A stretch of DNA of 64,000 bases, from positions 444 to 64,443 of the forward strand of contig JAUVZJ010000006.1 of assembly GCA_030602585.1 (NCBI GenBank), in the 5' to 3' direction. Shown here piece after piece: positions 28,943-39,496 of the stretch. Positions within the stretch are counted from its first letter, which is position 1, and each line of letters starts with the position of its first letter. The notes beneath the pieces are model-generated. The model was not told the DNA's origin and ran no database searches. It saw only the letters and a program-made list of their open reading frames with translations. The stretch is from Candidatus Methanophagales archaeon (GTDB lineage: Archaea; Halobacteriota; Syntropharchaeia; Alkanophagales; Methanospirareceae). Both the position numbers and the translations under genes were made by a program.

Positions 28943-30175
28943 TTACGCCTCGGCAAGTTTTTGCTTCAGTTCTTCAAAAACACTTTCTTCGCCAAATTTT
29001 CCTTCTATTGGTTCAATATTATCTTTGATAGGCTCCAAATCGTCTCTTATTTTCTTTGCATTCGGATTTATCAAAAAAATCCTTATTTCCGGATTTCTTT
29101 TCACGGCATCGAAGAATACATTTCTGATATGTTCGTCTCCGAAGGAGTAGCCTATGATAATGCAAATCTTCTCTGAACGCAAACTGGTTTTTAAGCGAGT
29201 GAACAACTCAAAAAAAGGGTCTTTGTAAACTTCTTTCTCTCGCATTGGGTATATCATTGCGTTTTCGAGTTTACTTGGTTCAAGAGGGGTTTTAATTATC
29301 TCTTCTTTGTAGATATATTGGTCAATAGAACCATGCAGCTTTAAAAGCTTGATTTTGTATTTATTTTTGTCATATCTCTCGGGATCCCAATCTCCTATCC
29401 TTCTTTGCGGATCAGAGTATGTAAATCCATCGTAAAAATCATCAAATTTGTCTTTTGTTTCAATATATTTTTCAATAACCGTGTCATAGTTCGTTGTGAA
29501 GATGTTGAAGGAAGAGGAGCAATTTTCTAAAATCTTAAAGAGTCGGTCATATTTATCTTTAATGTCCGCCTTGATAGAATCATCATGTTTAATCTTCTCA
29601 TTTATGTTACATTCCTTCTTGATAAATTCGATTATTTTCGATTTTAGGTTTTTTGAAAGGTTTTGATTAAGTAAGATTCTCATTCGGTTTAATTCTTTTT
29701 CTAAATTTTCGATTATTACGGGTGAATTATTAATTTGGTCTGCTATTTCATTATAGCGATTAGGTGTGAGATTCAGCATTTCTATTAATTGTGACCGAGG
29801 GGTTTGTTCTTCCATTATCTCTTTTAGCTCCTTGCTTGCATCAGCTAATTTACGCATTCCTATACAACCTCTTTCTATGAAGGCATGATACCAATCTAAA
29901 TAATTAGATTTTAGATATCTTATTGTAGGGTTGTCTGATGGTTTAGCCAGATCATTCAAGACTGTGAGAAGGTCTTCTAAATTATTAAATTCCATAGCAT
30001 CAATGGCATAATATAGCACTTCATCATCCATTAGCTTCCGGTTACCCTCTCTCTTCACCAAGTTATAATCTATAATTTTTTCGAATACACTACTCAATCC
30101 ATCTTCTCCACTCATCGTTGGTATCCCAAACGGCTTAGAAGCCCCTGCACCTAAGAAAAGCATCATCTTAACCAC
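28943..30175 (-). CDS. SIR2-like (SIR2_2) protein, putative NADase defence effector
   Basis: LFLGAGAS..FGIPTM, IFTTNYD, LLKLHGS, IIGYSFGDEHI. Confidence 0.88.
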   Translation of the reverse strand: MVKMMLFLGAGASKPFGIPTMSGEDGLSSVFEKIIDYNLVKREGNRKLMDDEVLYYAIDAMEFNNLEDLLTVLNDLAKPSDNPTIRYLKSNYLDWYHAFIERGCIGMRKLADASKELKEIMEEQTPRSQLIEMLNLTPNRYNEIADQINNSPVIIENLEKELNRMRILLNQNLSKNLKSKIIEFIKKECNINEKIKHDDSIKADIKDKYDRLFKILENCSSSFNIFTTNYDTVIEKYIETKDKFDDFYDGFTYSDPQRRIGDWDPERYDKNKYKIKLLKLHGSIDQYIYKEEIIKTPLEPSKLENAMIYPMREKEVYKDPFFELFTRLKTSLRSEKICIIIGYSFGDEHIRNVFFDAVKRNPEIRIFLINPNAKKIRDDLEPIKDNIEPIEGKFGEESVFEELKQKLAEA

Positions 30176-32241
30176 CCTCCTTTTTGAAGTTCTTTTCTTA
30201 GTCTCGGATTGAGACGATTGGTAATTTCTTGGGCTATTTTTTTACTTGCCGCTGCAATACCTTCCACACACCATCCAATCTTTCCTATATCCTCTTCCTT
30301 TTCTATTTTCGTTAAAAGAACGTCAACATTAATGCGATTGACAATTTCTCTGGCTACTTCTTCACCTGCCACTGCAATACCTCCCAGACACCATCCAATC
30401 ATTCTTATATCCTCTTCTATTTCTATTCTCTTTAAAACGCTATCAACCAATTTCAATCCTGCTTCTTTACTTGCCGCTGCAATACCCACTACACAAAATA
30501 CTATATTTCTTGATGCGTCCTCTTCTATTTTTATTTTCGATGAAAGAGTGTCAATATTAATGCAACTGACAATTTCTCGTGCTACTTCTTTATTTGCCCC
30601 CGCAATATACCTCGCGCACCATCCTATCTTTCCTATATTCTCTTCTTTCACTATGCCCTTTTTAATTGATTTTTGTATTTTATCATCTTCAATCAATTGT
30701 TCTAGTAATGTTCTTCCTCCTTTCTTCATGAAACAGTCTCCTCCGAGCTGAATCACAACATCAATAGCATTTCTTGGATCCGTGCTTGTCAGGTATTTGT
30801 AAAACAAGCAATATTGTAGTAAATCCTCATCTTTCTGTTTTAGGATTTCCTCTTTGCTTCTTTCTCCGAGAGAAGGATATGCTTGGTATGCTCTAAAATA
30901 TAATTCAGCAATAGAAGAGTGTATAAGCGAAAGCATTCTATTTCTTCCTATCTCCTCCGTTTCAATTATTTCCGAAAGTTCCATCAGTTCATTGATTTTG
31001 TCCTCCTCTAATTCAAGTTGCTCTTCCAGAAAGTTTCGCGCAACAGGAATTTCAAACCTGTAAAAAACGGACAAAGGAAGAAAAACATCTTCTGCATTTA
31101 TTCTTGGTTTGTCTTTCCCTGCATTTATATCTCTAATCGAATCTCTTATCTTCTCGTAAATCTCTTTTTCTTCTACGGTATCCTTTTTCGGATTATACGA
31201 CTTTAATGCCCATGATAAATGCCAAAGGTCTTTCTTGTATTATTCAAGGTTTTTTGATACCGTTTTTATTCTTTTGTCGCTAAAACCATATTCTCTCTTC
31301 AAAAACCGCTTTATCATCTCTTCTGTTATGTCTTCCGCATGTATCTCTATTTTACTCAAATGCTCAAATACCGAAGCTTCCTTTGGGTGTTCTCCTTGAA
31401 TCTCTCTTGTTGGTCGAGACCCGATTAGAAGTCTTGTCTTCAAATTCCGGTTTTTAAAATCCCTGACTAATCGCTCGCATTCAGTAGGAAGAAGATGCGT
31501 ATCGTCAACGATAAAAACCGTTTTTTTATCTTTTATCTCAGAAATATCATCAAAATAACGTTTGACCGCATCTCTTGAATGCCTTTTGAGTTCCACAATA
31601 TAAACATCTTTATTTTCATTTGCAAGTTTGAAACCGATATTTTTCAGAATAACTGATTTCCCGGAAGCTGGCTCACCCAAAACCAGTTGAATATTGTCGT
31701 TTTCCAGCTTCTTTATAATCTCATTTACTTCTTTTCGTTCAACAACAAGACATTCTTCAAAGTCTATCCATTCAGGCTCTTTCTTGAAAAAATCACTTCC
31801 AACGGATTCTCCTTTTCTCAAAATGGATTGGATAGTGGGTATGGTTATTTCTGGTGGCTTTACTTCTATTCCTCGTGTGTGAATTTCAATCAAATGAAGC
31901 AATAACTCTTTGATCTCCTCGTGGTCTGCTCTAAGTTCTTTAAAAGAATAAAGCGTGATTTCCTGAATATCCTTTAAATACTTAACTGAAACTCCTACCT
32001 TCTCGCTAATTTCATTAAATTGACTCTCAGACAACCCCTTCAACTCTTTTATAAGCTCTTCTTTTTCATCTGGCGAGAACTCATCAAAAGCGTTCTTTAT
32101 AATTTGTCCTACAACGGGGATAGCACCTACAGCTTCTTTTACAGCAAACTTAGCAATATCTTCAGGCTTTATCTCACTCAACCGTTCACTCAACCCTTTT
32201 TTCGTCTTTTCAAACAGGATTTTAAGTTTTTCAGATACCAT
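30163..32241 (-). pseudogene. STAND-like P-loop ATPase with C-terminal helical repeats, split by an in-frame TAA at 31240-31242
   Basis: GEPASGKS, FIVDDTH, LIGSR; KNLE*YKKDLWHLSWALK...FLPLSVFYRFE continues in frame into ORF 30163..31074; ~40-aa repeats EEDIGKIGWC..GIA.A..EVAREI. Confidence 0.8.
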
Positions 32242-32423
32242 CTCTAAAATCTCTATTGGCTATACTATCATAAAATAGTTCCAATGCTCAACTAAAGCCT
32301 TCGCAGAATCCCTCAGTGGAATAACGTAATCGCTTACAAACTTCTTCCACTCACCCCTATCCGCATTTTATATTCATACGATACCTTTTTCTTAGCGCCG
32401 ATAATTTTTAATAATAATGTGCT

Positions 32424-33104
32424 ATGCAAAGGAAATATAAAAAACATGGTTTCTTCAGTTTCTCGGACAGCAAGAACAGAGAACTCTGGTGCTTGAAGCA
32501 TGGCGAATCGGAAATAAACACCGTATGCAGGGTCTTGGAAGTATCAAGAAAGGAGATAAGGACGAGAGAGGAGGAGAAAAAAGTTATTCTTAACGGAATA
32601 ATTGCTGACGATACCGCGAAATTACCTTTTGTTTCGTGGGAAGAGCGAGAAGAGCTTGTGAAGGACAAGGTAGTGCAAATAGAGAATGCATACGTGAAGA
32701 GGTGGCAGGGAATGGTTACGTTGTATGCAGGTAAAAACGCGAAAGTGCGCGTAATCGAAAATGAAATTGATTTTCCCAGTTGGGTTGAGTTGATGAAGCC
32801 TAAGAAGAGGACGATAGAGGAAATAGTCGGCTGTGAAGGTGCATTTGATGTAATAGTGGAAGGAAATATAATATCAATGGCGGAAGAGGAAAATAAAAAG
32901 GCGCGGGTATTAGACGATGGCACGGGCGCACTGTTTCTCATGCTGAGAGAAGAAGAACGTATTTTGTTTGGAATGCCAGTTAAGGCGAGGGGAAATGTGG
33001 TGGAATCGGAAGGAGGCTATGTGTTAATGGCGGAAGAAGTTAAAATACTGGGTGAAGAGTTTATAATAGAAGAGATGAGGAACTTTTTGTGCAGATATAC
33101 GTGA
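32424..33104 (+). CDS. OB-fold ssDNA-binding / RPA-like protein
   Basis: GIIADDTAKLPFVSW, IENAYVKRWQG; second OB fold with VLDDGTG. Confidence 0.8.
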   Translation: MQRKYKKHGFFSFSDSKNRELWCLKHGESEINTVCRVLEVSRKEIRTREEEKKVILNGIIADDTAKLPFVSWEEREELVKDKVVQIENAYVKRWQGMVTLYAGKNAKVRVIENEIDFPSWVELMKPKKRTIEEIVGCEGAFDVIVEGNIISMAEEENKKARVLDDGTGALFLMLREEERILFGMPVKARGNVVESEGGYVLMAEEVKILGEEFIIEEMRNFLCRYT

Positions 33105-33126
33105 ATCTTATGGATTTCGAGCAATA

Positions 33127-33307
33127 AACTTGACTTTGTCATATTTAAAATTTACCGCCGAGAACGCGGAATTAGAGGTTTAGTTTATTAGCGGTTCAGC
33201 TCGTTAGCTAAACCCCTAAACCTCCAAAAACCCCTACCTCCAAACCCCTAAACCTACATCCTCTGCGTTCTCCGTGAACTCTGCGGTTAATCTGACAATG
33301 TCAAGTT
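33127..33307. repeat. Three nested inverted-repeat elements
   Basis: Outer AACTTGACTTTGTCA/TGACAATGTCAAGTT; middle TTACCGCCGAGAACGCGGA/CTCTGCGTTCTCCGTGAACTCTGCGGTTAA; inner TTAGAGGTTTTAG.../CTAAACCCCTAAACC. Confidence 0.75.
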
Positions 33308-33427
33308 AAATGCAGATTGAAAAACGTAAAATACTTTTTCTTTTTAAAGAAATTTAGTTTCACATTGTTTTTTATATAAGTTTTGTCATAAACAAAAAGG
33401 AGGAGAGGAAATAGGGGGGAGATACGA

Positions 33428-34615
33428 ATGAGGGATGTAGCGATAATAGGAATTGGGCATACGAAGTTTGGACGAGCCACGAAGATGTCTCATGAGTTAT
33501 TTTCAGATGCGACACTGCAAGCAATGGACGATGCGGGTGTGGAATTGAAGGAGATAGAAGCTTTATTTCAAGGCGCTGCTCTTCCGGGTTTTGAAGAAGG
33601 GCAGGTAATGCCCGCGGCGTTCTCAGCCGCTGACCTCAACCTGGGACCTATACCTGCGACGCGATGTGAAGGCGCATGTGCATCTGCATCTGTTGCAATA
33701 AGAGATGGCGCAATGTGGGTCGGTGCCGGGGAATACGATATGGTGATAGCGGGAGGAGTGGAAAAAGCTTTGATGATGGGGACATCATTTGCATCAAGGA
33801 CATTTGCAATGGCCTGTCATGCGCCAACAGAAGGACCTGTGGGGCTCACATTTCCAGGCGTATTCGCAATGGCTGCGAGACTCTATTCGATAAATTATGA
33901 CATGCCACTTGATACAGTCAGAGAAAAAATGGCGTCTGTTTCAGTAAAGAACCACAGGCACGGTGCTTTAAATCCTTTAGCGCAGTTCTATAAGAAGTTA
34001 GGTGACCTGAAGGTAGAGGACGTAATAAATTCAAAATTTGTAGCCGACCCGATAACGCTTCTGGACTGCTGCCCGTTTTCAGATGGAGCATCTGCTCTTG
34101 TGCTCTGTTCCGCAGAGGAAGCGAGGAAATATACTGATGAGCCGATTTACATATTGGGAATGGGACAGGGTTCAGGTGGTCCATTATCGAAGATGGCGGA
34201 CTTAACAAAGCCAGTTTCGAGGATAAGCTCTGCGAAGATGGCGTTTAAGCAAGCAGGTCTCAGCCCGGAAGATATTGATATGCTGGAAGTTCACGATTGT
34301 TTTACGATTGCGGAATTGATCGCACTTGAGTGTATGGGTTTCTTTGATTGGGGAGAAGCGGCAGATGCAACCGCAGATGGACAAACGGAGATAGGTGGGG
34401 AAATACCTGTAAATATGTCTGGCGGGTTAATAGGCAAGGGGCATCCAATAGGTGCAACGGGGGCTTCTCAGGTTTACTGGGTCGTTAAGCAGATGAGGGG
34501 AGAAGCACCAAGAGGTAATCAAATTGACCCTGTTCCGGAGTATGGAATGACCGATACACTTGGAGGCGACTTCGGAACGTTGTGCCATTTTATACTTGGA
34601 AGGTCGAAGAAATAG
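33428..34615 (+). CDS. Acetyl-CoA acyltransferase (thiolase, archaeal SCP-x type)
   Basis: EGACASAS, KNHRHG, CCPFSDGA, EVHDCFT, GHPIGATG. Confidence 0.93.
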   Translation: MRDVAIIGIGHTKFGRATKMSHELFSDATLQAMDDAGVELKEIEALFQGAALPGFEEGQVMPAAFSAADLNLGPIPATRCEGACASASVAIRDGAMWVGAGEYDMVIAGGVEKALMMGTSFASRTFAMACHAPTEGPVGLTFPGVFAMAARLYSINYDMPLDTVREKMASVSVKNHRHGALNPLAQFYKKLGDLKVEDVINSKFVADPITLLDCCPFSDGASALVLCSAEEARKYTDEPIYILGMGQGSGGPLSKMADLTKPVSRISSAKMAFKQAGLSPEDIDMLEVHDCFTIAELIALECMGFFDWGEAADATADGQTEIGGEIPVNMSGGLIGKGHPIGATGASQVYWVVKQMRGEAPRGNQIDPVPEYGMTDTLGGDFGTLCHFILGRSKK

Positions 34616-34617
34616 AA

Positions 34618-35070
34618 ATGGTAGGAAAAGAGCGGGAGGAAATGGAGAAAGAACTGAAGGGATATACGGTTTTAACGCATGCGGAATATGAGGAAGGGAT
34701 AAAGGAAGGGAAATTGTTAGGGCTGAGGTGTGCATCATGCAAAAAGATAACTTGCCATCCAATGCCTGTTTGCCAGTGGTGCAGCGGGAGGAGTCTTGAG
34801 AGAACAGAATTGAGCGGAGAAGGCGAGTTGATGACGTTTACGATAATCCGGGTGCCAGCAGAGGGATTTGAAGATGACGTCCCTTATATCCCATGTCTGG
34901 TGAAAACAAAGGAGGGACCCTGTGTCGTAGGACGGCTTGATTACGATGCTGAACGTGCCTCGCAAGTGTTAATTAGTAAGCAGGTGAAACTGAGTGGTGC
35001 ATATACCCATAAAGGCGATAAATTCTCCGGAGGGACTCATACATGCCCGGTTTTTGAAGTTATAGGATGA
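34618..35070 (+). CDS. DUF35 Zn-ribbon/OB-fold thiolase partner
   Basis: CASC..HPMPVCQWC, LSGEGELMTFT, PYIPCLV. Confidence 0.9.
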   Translation: MVGKEREEMEKELKGYTVLTHAEYEEGIKEGKLLGLRCASCKKITCHPMPVCQWCSGRSLERTELSGEGELMTFTIIRVPAEGFEDDVPYIPCLVKTKEGPCVVGRLDYDAERASQVLISKQVKLSGAYTHKGDKFSGGTHTCPVFEVIG

Positions 35071-35101
35071 AAATATTTATGAAAAGGATAAAAGAAGTGC
35101 C

Positions 35102-35962
35102 ATGAACGGAAAGAAAGTTTGTGTTCTGGGAATAGGTGTAATGGGAAGTGGAATAGCGCAGGTATGTGCTCAAACGGGTTACGACGTATCAGTTGTGAGC
35201 AGGAGTGAAGAATCACTGGAAAAGGGAGTTGGAAAAATAAAAAAAGACCTTTCGAGACTTGCGAAAAAAGGGCATATAAAACAGGAGGAGACGGAGCGGA
35301 TTGTGGATGTGATAAGCGCAAATGCGACAACGAGCATGGAAGAGGGTGCAAAGGGTGCGGATTTTGTAATTGAAGCGGTGTATGAGGACATGGAACTGAA
35401 GCAGGAGATATTCAGAGACTTGGATAGGATATGTCCAGAGCATACTATTCTCGGGAGTAATACCTCTACATTTCCTATTACCGCTTTAGCTTCAGTAACA
35501 AAAAGACCGGATAAGGTAATTGGAATCCATTTCATGAATCCCGTGCCTTTAATGAAGGGAGTGGAGATAATAAAATCGCTATTAACTTCTGAGGATACGC
35601 TAAGTAAAACGCTGGCATTCGTACATTCGCTGGGTAAGGAGACGGTTATTGTTAAGGATTCGCCAGGGTTCGTTACGACCCGAATGATGTGTCTTATTTT
35701 GAATGAGGCGGTAAAGATGCGAGAAAACGAGCTCGCTACCGTAGAGGATATAGATAAAATATTAAAGCTTTCTTTTAACTGGCCTATGGGTCCTTTTCAG
35801 CTTTTAGACTTGATAGGGATAGACATTGTGGTAGCAGTGCTCAATACCATTTACAATGAGACCGGTTTGGATAGATTTAAACCCGCGGTTCTTATGGTGC
35901 AGATGGTAAGAGCAGGATGGACCGGGATGAAAGCAGGGAAGGGGTTCTATGAGTATAGGTAG
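35102..35962 (+). CDS. hbd: 3-hydroxyacyl-CoA dehydrogenase
   Basis: GIGVMGSGIAQ, VIEAVYE, SNTST, GIHFMNP, DSPGF, WPMGPF, GKGFY. Confidence 0.92.
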   Translation: MNGKKVCVLGIGVMGSGIAQVCAQTGYDVSVVSRSEESLEKGVGKIKKDLSRLAKKGHIKQEETERIVDVISANATTSMEEGAKGADFVIEAVYEDMELKQEIFRDLDRICPEHTILGSNTSTFPITALASVTKRPDKVIGIHFMNPVPLMKGVEIIKSLLTSEDTLSKTLAFVHSLGKETVIVKDSPGFVTTRMMCLILNEAVKMRENELATVEDIDKILKLSFNWPMGPFQLLDLIGIDIVVAVLNTIYNETGLDRFKPAVLMVQMVRAGWTGMKAGKGFYEYR

Positions 35963-36061
35963 GTGTTAGGTAAAAGATGTGTTATAGCTGATGAAAGGGG
36001 CTACTTTTATAAGCGGAGAAGACAAAATATCTTAAATAATAAAAAGGTGGAACAAACAATT

Positions 36062-36241
36062 ATGGCTCTGGAAGAAGAGATAAGAATTTTGAGGCAGGAT
36101 GTGGAATATATCAAAGGAGCTTTAGCAGAGCTTGTGGAGGATTCTGTGCTAACGAGCGAGGAAGAGGGGCTGATAAGGAAAGCGACGGAAGCTGTGCGCC
36201 GGGGCGACCTATCGTGCTTCATAAAGGCGGAAGAGATATGA
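36062..36241 (+). CDS. Putative antitoxin
   Basis: Acidic 59-aa ORF with ATGA overlap to a RelE-like toxin. Confidence 0.7.
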   Translation: MALEEEIRILRQDVEYIKGALAELVEDSVLTSEEEGLIRKATEAVRRGDLSCFIKAEEI

Positions 36242-36492
36242 GCTACGAGGTCAGGGTCCACGAAAGTGTGAAAAATCTTCTCAAAAGGATTCCAAAGGAG
36301 GATAGGAATAGACTCAAAAGTCTTATTTTATCGCTTGAAAAACCTTATGACGTGCCACATGTGAAAATAAAAGGAAAAGAAGGTGTTTACAGGGCACGGC
36401 TTGGAAAATACCGAATCCTTTACTCGATATTCGAGGAAGAAAGGCTCGTTCTCGTCCTAAAAGTGGATAAAAGAGAGCGAGTTTATAGATGA
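36238..36492 (+). CDS. relE: RelE/ParE family toxin
   Basis: MSYEV...KIKGKEGVYRARLGKYRILY...VDKRERVY. Confidence 0.88.
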   Translation: MSYEVRVHESVKNLLKRIPKEDRNRLKSLILSLEKPYDVPHVKIKGKEGVYRARLGKYRILYSIFEEERLVLVLKVDKRERVYR

Positions 36493-36593
36493 GTGTAGTG
36501 TGTCTCAAAAATGAATTAGTGGAAGAAACGTAGATACCTACCATCAGGTTCTTTTGGTAAAGCTTTTCTTTTAAGAAGTGGTTTGCGATATTA

Positions 36594-37388
36594 ATGACTG
36601 ACGAAAAGAAATACGAAAATGTATTGTATAAGAAGAAGGAAAAAGTTGCGACAATAACATTTGACAGGCCGAAAGCGTTGAATGCATTGAATACAGCTCT
36701 ATTGACGGATTTACGAGATGCATTAGAGGATGCAGAAGCCGATGTCGAGGTGCGTGCAGTTGTAATAACAGGAGCGGGCGATAAGGCGTTCTGTGCCGGT
36801 GCCGATATTGTAGAGTTGCTTGAGAAGAGTTCCGTAGAAGCAAGCGAGTGGTCGAGGTGGATTCATGGGATAACAACGAACATGGAAAAGATGCGGAAGC
36901 CGATAATAGCAAAGATAAACGGGTTCTGTTTGGGTGGTGGGTTGGAGCTTGCGATGGCATGTGATTGCAGGATTGCATCAGAAAAAGCGATATTTGGTCA
37001 GCCGGAGATAAACCTGGCGATTATTCCGGGTGGCGGCGGCACACAAAGACTAACGAGGTTGGTAGGGCGGACGAAAGCGATGGAAATGCTGATGTCCGGC
37101 GAGCACATAGACGCCGAAGAAGCTTTTCGGTTAACACTCGTGAATAAAGTCGTCCCCGCAGATGAACTCGACAGTGCGGTTGATGAACTTGTCAAAAAAC
37201 TGCTTTCTAAAAGTGCTGTTACGCTCGGAATAATAAAGGATGCGGTGAACAGGGGTATAGAAATGGACCTGGAGCAGGCATTGCAGTACGAAGCGGAATG
37301 CTTCGGGTCGGCACTTGCGACTGAGGATGCGAGGGGAGGGTTAAAGGCTTTTTTGGAGAGGCGGAAGGCGGGGTTTAAAGGGAAGTGA
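36594..37388 (+). CDS. crt: Enoyl-CoA hydratase (crotonase)
   Basis: RPKALNAL, AFCAGADI, GFCLGGGLELAMACD, FGQPEINL, PGGGGTQRL. Confidence 0.93.
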   Translation: MTDEKKYENVLYKKKEKVATITFDRPKALNALNTALLTDLRDALEDAEADVEVRAVVITGAGDKAFCAGADIVELLEKSSVEASEWSRWIHGITTNMEKMRKPIIAKINGFCLGGGLELAMACDCRIASEKAIFGQPEINLAIIPGGGGTQRLTRLVGRTKAMEMLMSGEHIDAEEAFRLTLVNKVVPADELDSAVDELVKKLLSKSAVTLGIIKDAVNRGIEMDLEQALQYEAECFGSALATEDARGGLKAFLERRKAGFKGK

Positions 37389-37441
37389 GGGAACAGGCAT
37401 CAAAAATTTGGGGTGATTTAAAGCGTCACGAAACGGATTGC

Positions 37442-37519
37442 AGATGACGTTTTTGGTGTTTGCGAAGTATCGTCGGCATTTGGGCTGAGTGTTAGCGTAG
37501 CTGCAAACACATTATTACA
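37442..37519 (-). other. Degenerate attC-like site, same family as 22644-22717
   Basis: Minus strand GTGTAATAATGTGTTTGCAGCTACGCTAACACTCAGCCCAAATGCCGACGATACTTCGCAAACACCAAAAACGTCATCT, 8 bp after the HD gene stop. Confidence 0.6.
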
Positions 37520-37527
37520 CGAGGGCG

Positions 37528-39249
37528 TTAGCATCGTTTCGATTTATCAGGAAAGCACTCAGATAATCCCTCTTTACTTATTATTTTCTTCAATATCCCA
37601 TCGGAATCTAATTCAATACGATCTATTTTAAAATCAAACGGATTAGAATCATTTGGTTTGTATTCAAATTTGAATGTTCTATCATCATCCTCAATGTCCT
37701 TTATTGTTATAATTATGTTAGTCCCAACTTTTTTAATAATTTGGTAATACTTTCGAGCTATTGTTTCAAAGTGTTTATAGGGCTTAACATATTCTGGAGG
37801 CTTAACATATTCTGGAGTCGCATTACCATATTCAAATTCTATTTCTACCTTTTTCATATTAAAATCCTTAACAAAGGGCGTACAAAACCCAGGTATTTTT
37901 GTATAGCCCTCGCCCATCGTAAATCGCGACCATTCACATAAATCATCTAATAAATTGAACCACAGATATAATATTTTTTCGTCACGTATTCCTGGTCTAA
38001 TATTTTCAGTAGAGTGGTAGATAATTGTCTTAAGGATTTCTTGGCAAATTAAAAATTTCTCGTCAATCCCCTTACCCTCATAGCTCTTTAAGGCATCAAG
38101 GTGGATATCATAATCCTCTTTGAACATTTCAAGGTGTTCGATTAATTTCATACAACTAAATAGACCATGATTATATTCCAATAATGCAGTTGATATAAGA
38201 GGTCGCAAATGTTGCGTTTGATGGATACTCTTGATTTTTATACAATCTATAATTTTTCCATCGTACACACGTAGCTTTTTGGCCTTATCCTCTCTTGAAT
38301 TATCTTCTGTATTAGCCTCTATTGTATATCCCTTCTCGCCATCCACGATTCCCCATTCTTTTTCATTCTTTTCTTTTTCTAAAAGGTATGCTTCACGGGA
38401 TAACTCTTTATTCTTCTCCTTGAATTCCTTTCTCACCTTATCATCAATTGAACCATCGTCCAGGTGTTTCTTACAGCTTGGCGGTAACTCAAACAAATAA
38501 TCTACACTTTTAACTCTTTGTTTTCTACTATATGGATCTGAAGAATTAGTTTCTGGTTTAGTTTCTGGTTTTATTGCCAAGCTTAGGATGTCAATTAAAT
38601 AATCAAAAATCCCATGATATGACAAAGGGAAATCCACTGCGGGTTCAATGAGTTTAATATTTTTGTAATGTGAAAACATTTCCCTATATTTCTCATTAGT
38701 TGAGTGAATGACCTCAATTGGATAACCCAAATCATGTGTCATTGCAATAATGCAGAATATTGCACTTTTATCATCATTATTCTTACCCTTAGCAGTAGTA
38801 TACATACGTAACTTCGAATATTTCAATTTCTCTCTAAATAGCATTTCACCCATTAAGTATAAGTTAATGCAGTGATTAATATGGTCCCTATAACGTACAG
38901 AACCGTATAATACCTCTTCAAATTCTCGGAACGTCTTTTGATAATTATACAATTCTTCGACACCAACAATTTCGTTTCTGAACCCAATGTATTCCAATGA
39001 GGAATTTAATAATTCTTTCCAGATTTCTAACGATATTTTTTGTAACTCATTAATTAAACAATGAGCTTCTTTGAGCGTTAATTCTTTGCTCTCCAATTCT
39101 TTTTGACTTTCTAAAAACTTCTTGATATATTCCTTTAGTTCTGTATTTTTAATATGCTTAATATTATTAATTGCCGCCCTAAAAGAGAAAAAATAGTCAT
39201 ACAATTCTTTGGAATTTATTTCACTCCACTTATCCCTTTCGTCGGGCAT
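37528..39249 (-). CDS. HD-superfamily phosphohydrolase with an inserted ~80-aa module; AT-rich accessory gene
   Basis: YRDHINHC...IAMTHDLGYP...NHGLFS...YHS...LDDLCEWSR. Confidence 0.75.
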   Translation of the reverse strand: MPDERDKWSEINSKELYDYFFSFRAAINNIKHIKNTELKEYIKKFLESQKELESKELTLKEAHCLINELQKISLEIWKELLNSSLEYIGFRNEIVGVEELYNYQKTFREFEEVLYGSVRYRDHINHCINLYLMGEMLFREKLKYSKLRMYTTAKGKNNDDKSAIFCIIAMTHDLGYPIEVIHSTNEKYREMFSHYKNIKLIEPAVDFPLSYHGIFDYLIDILSLAIKPETKPETNSSDPYSRKQRVKSVDYLFELPPSCKKHLDDGSIDDKVRKEFKEKNKELSREAYLLEKEKNEKEWGIVDGEKGYTIEANTEDNSREDKAKKLRVYDGKIIDCIKIKSIHQTQHLRPLISTALLEYNHGLFSCMKLIEHLEMFKEDYDIHLDALKSYEGKGIDEKFLICQEILKTIIYHSTENIRPGIRDEKILYLWFNLLDDLCEWSRFTMGEGYTKIPGFCTPFVKDFNMKKVEIEFEYGNATPEYVKPPEYVKPYKHFETIARKYYQIIKKVGTNIIITIKDIEDDDRTFKFEYKPNDSNPFDFKIDRIELDSDGILKKIISKEGLSECFPDKSKRC

Positions 39250-39496
39250 TTTTACCAGCCACCTTTTATTGCCGCCTACTAAAAATGAATGCGAAAATTT
39301 TTCTTCCCCTCCCTTATAGAATAACGTCTTTTTATTTATACCTTCCTCTCATTATTCCTTATTATGAACCTCATCTCGATATATGGCCTCTCGCATGCGG
39401 AGATAGAAGCGATAATAGAAACGGCAAAGTGCTTCCCTCTTACTTTGATGCCTCGCGAGAGAAGGATTAAAATCTTTCCTTTCTAAGAATACGTCC

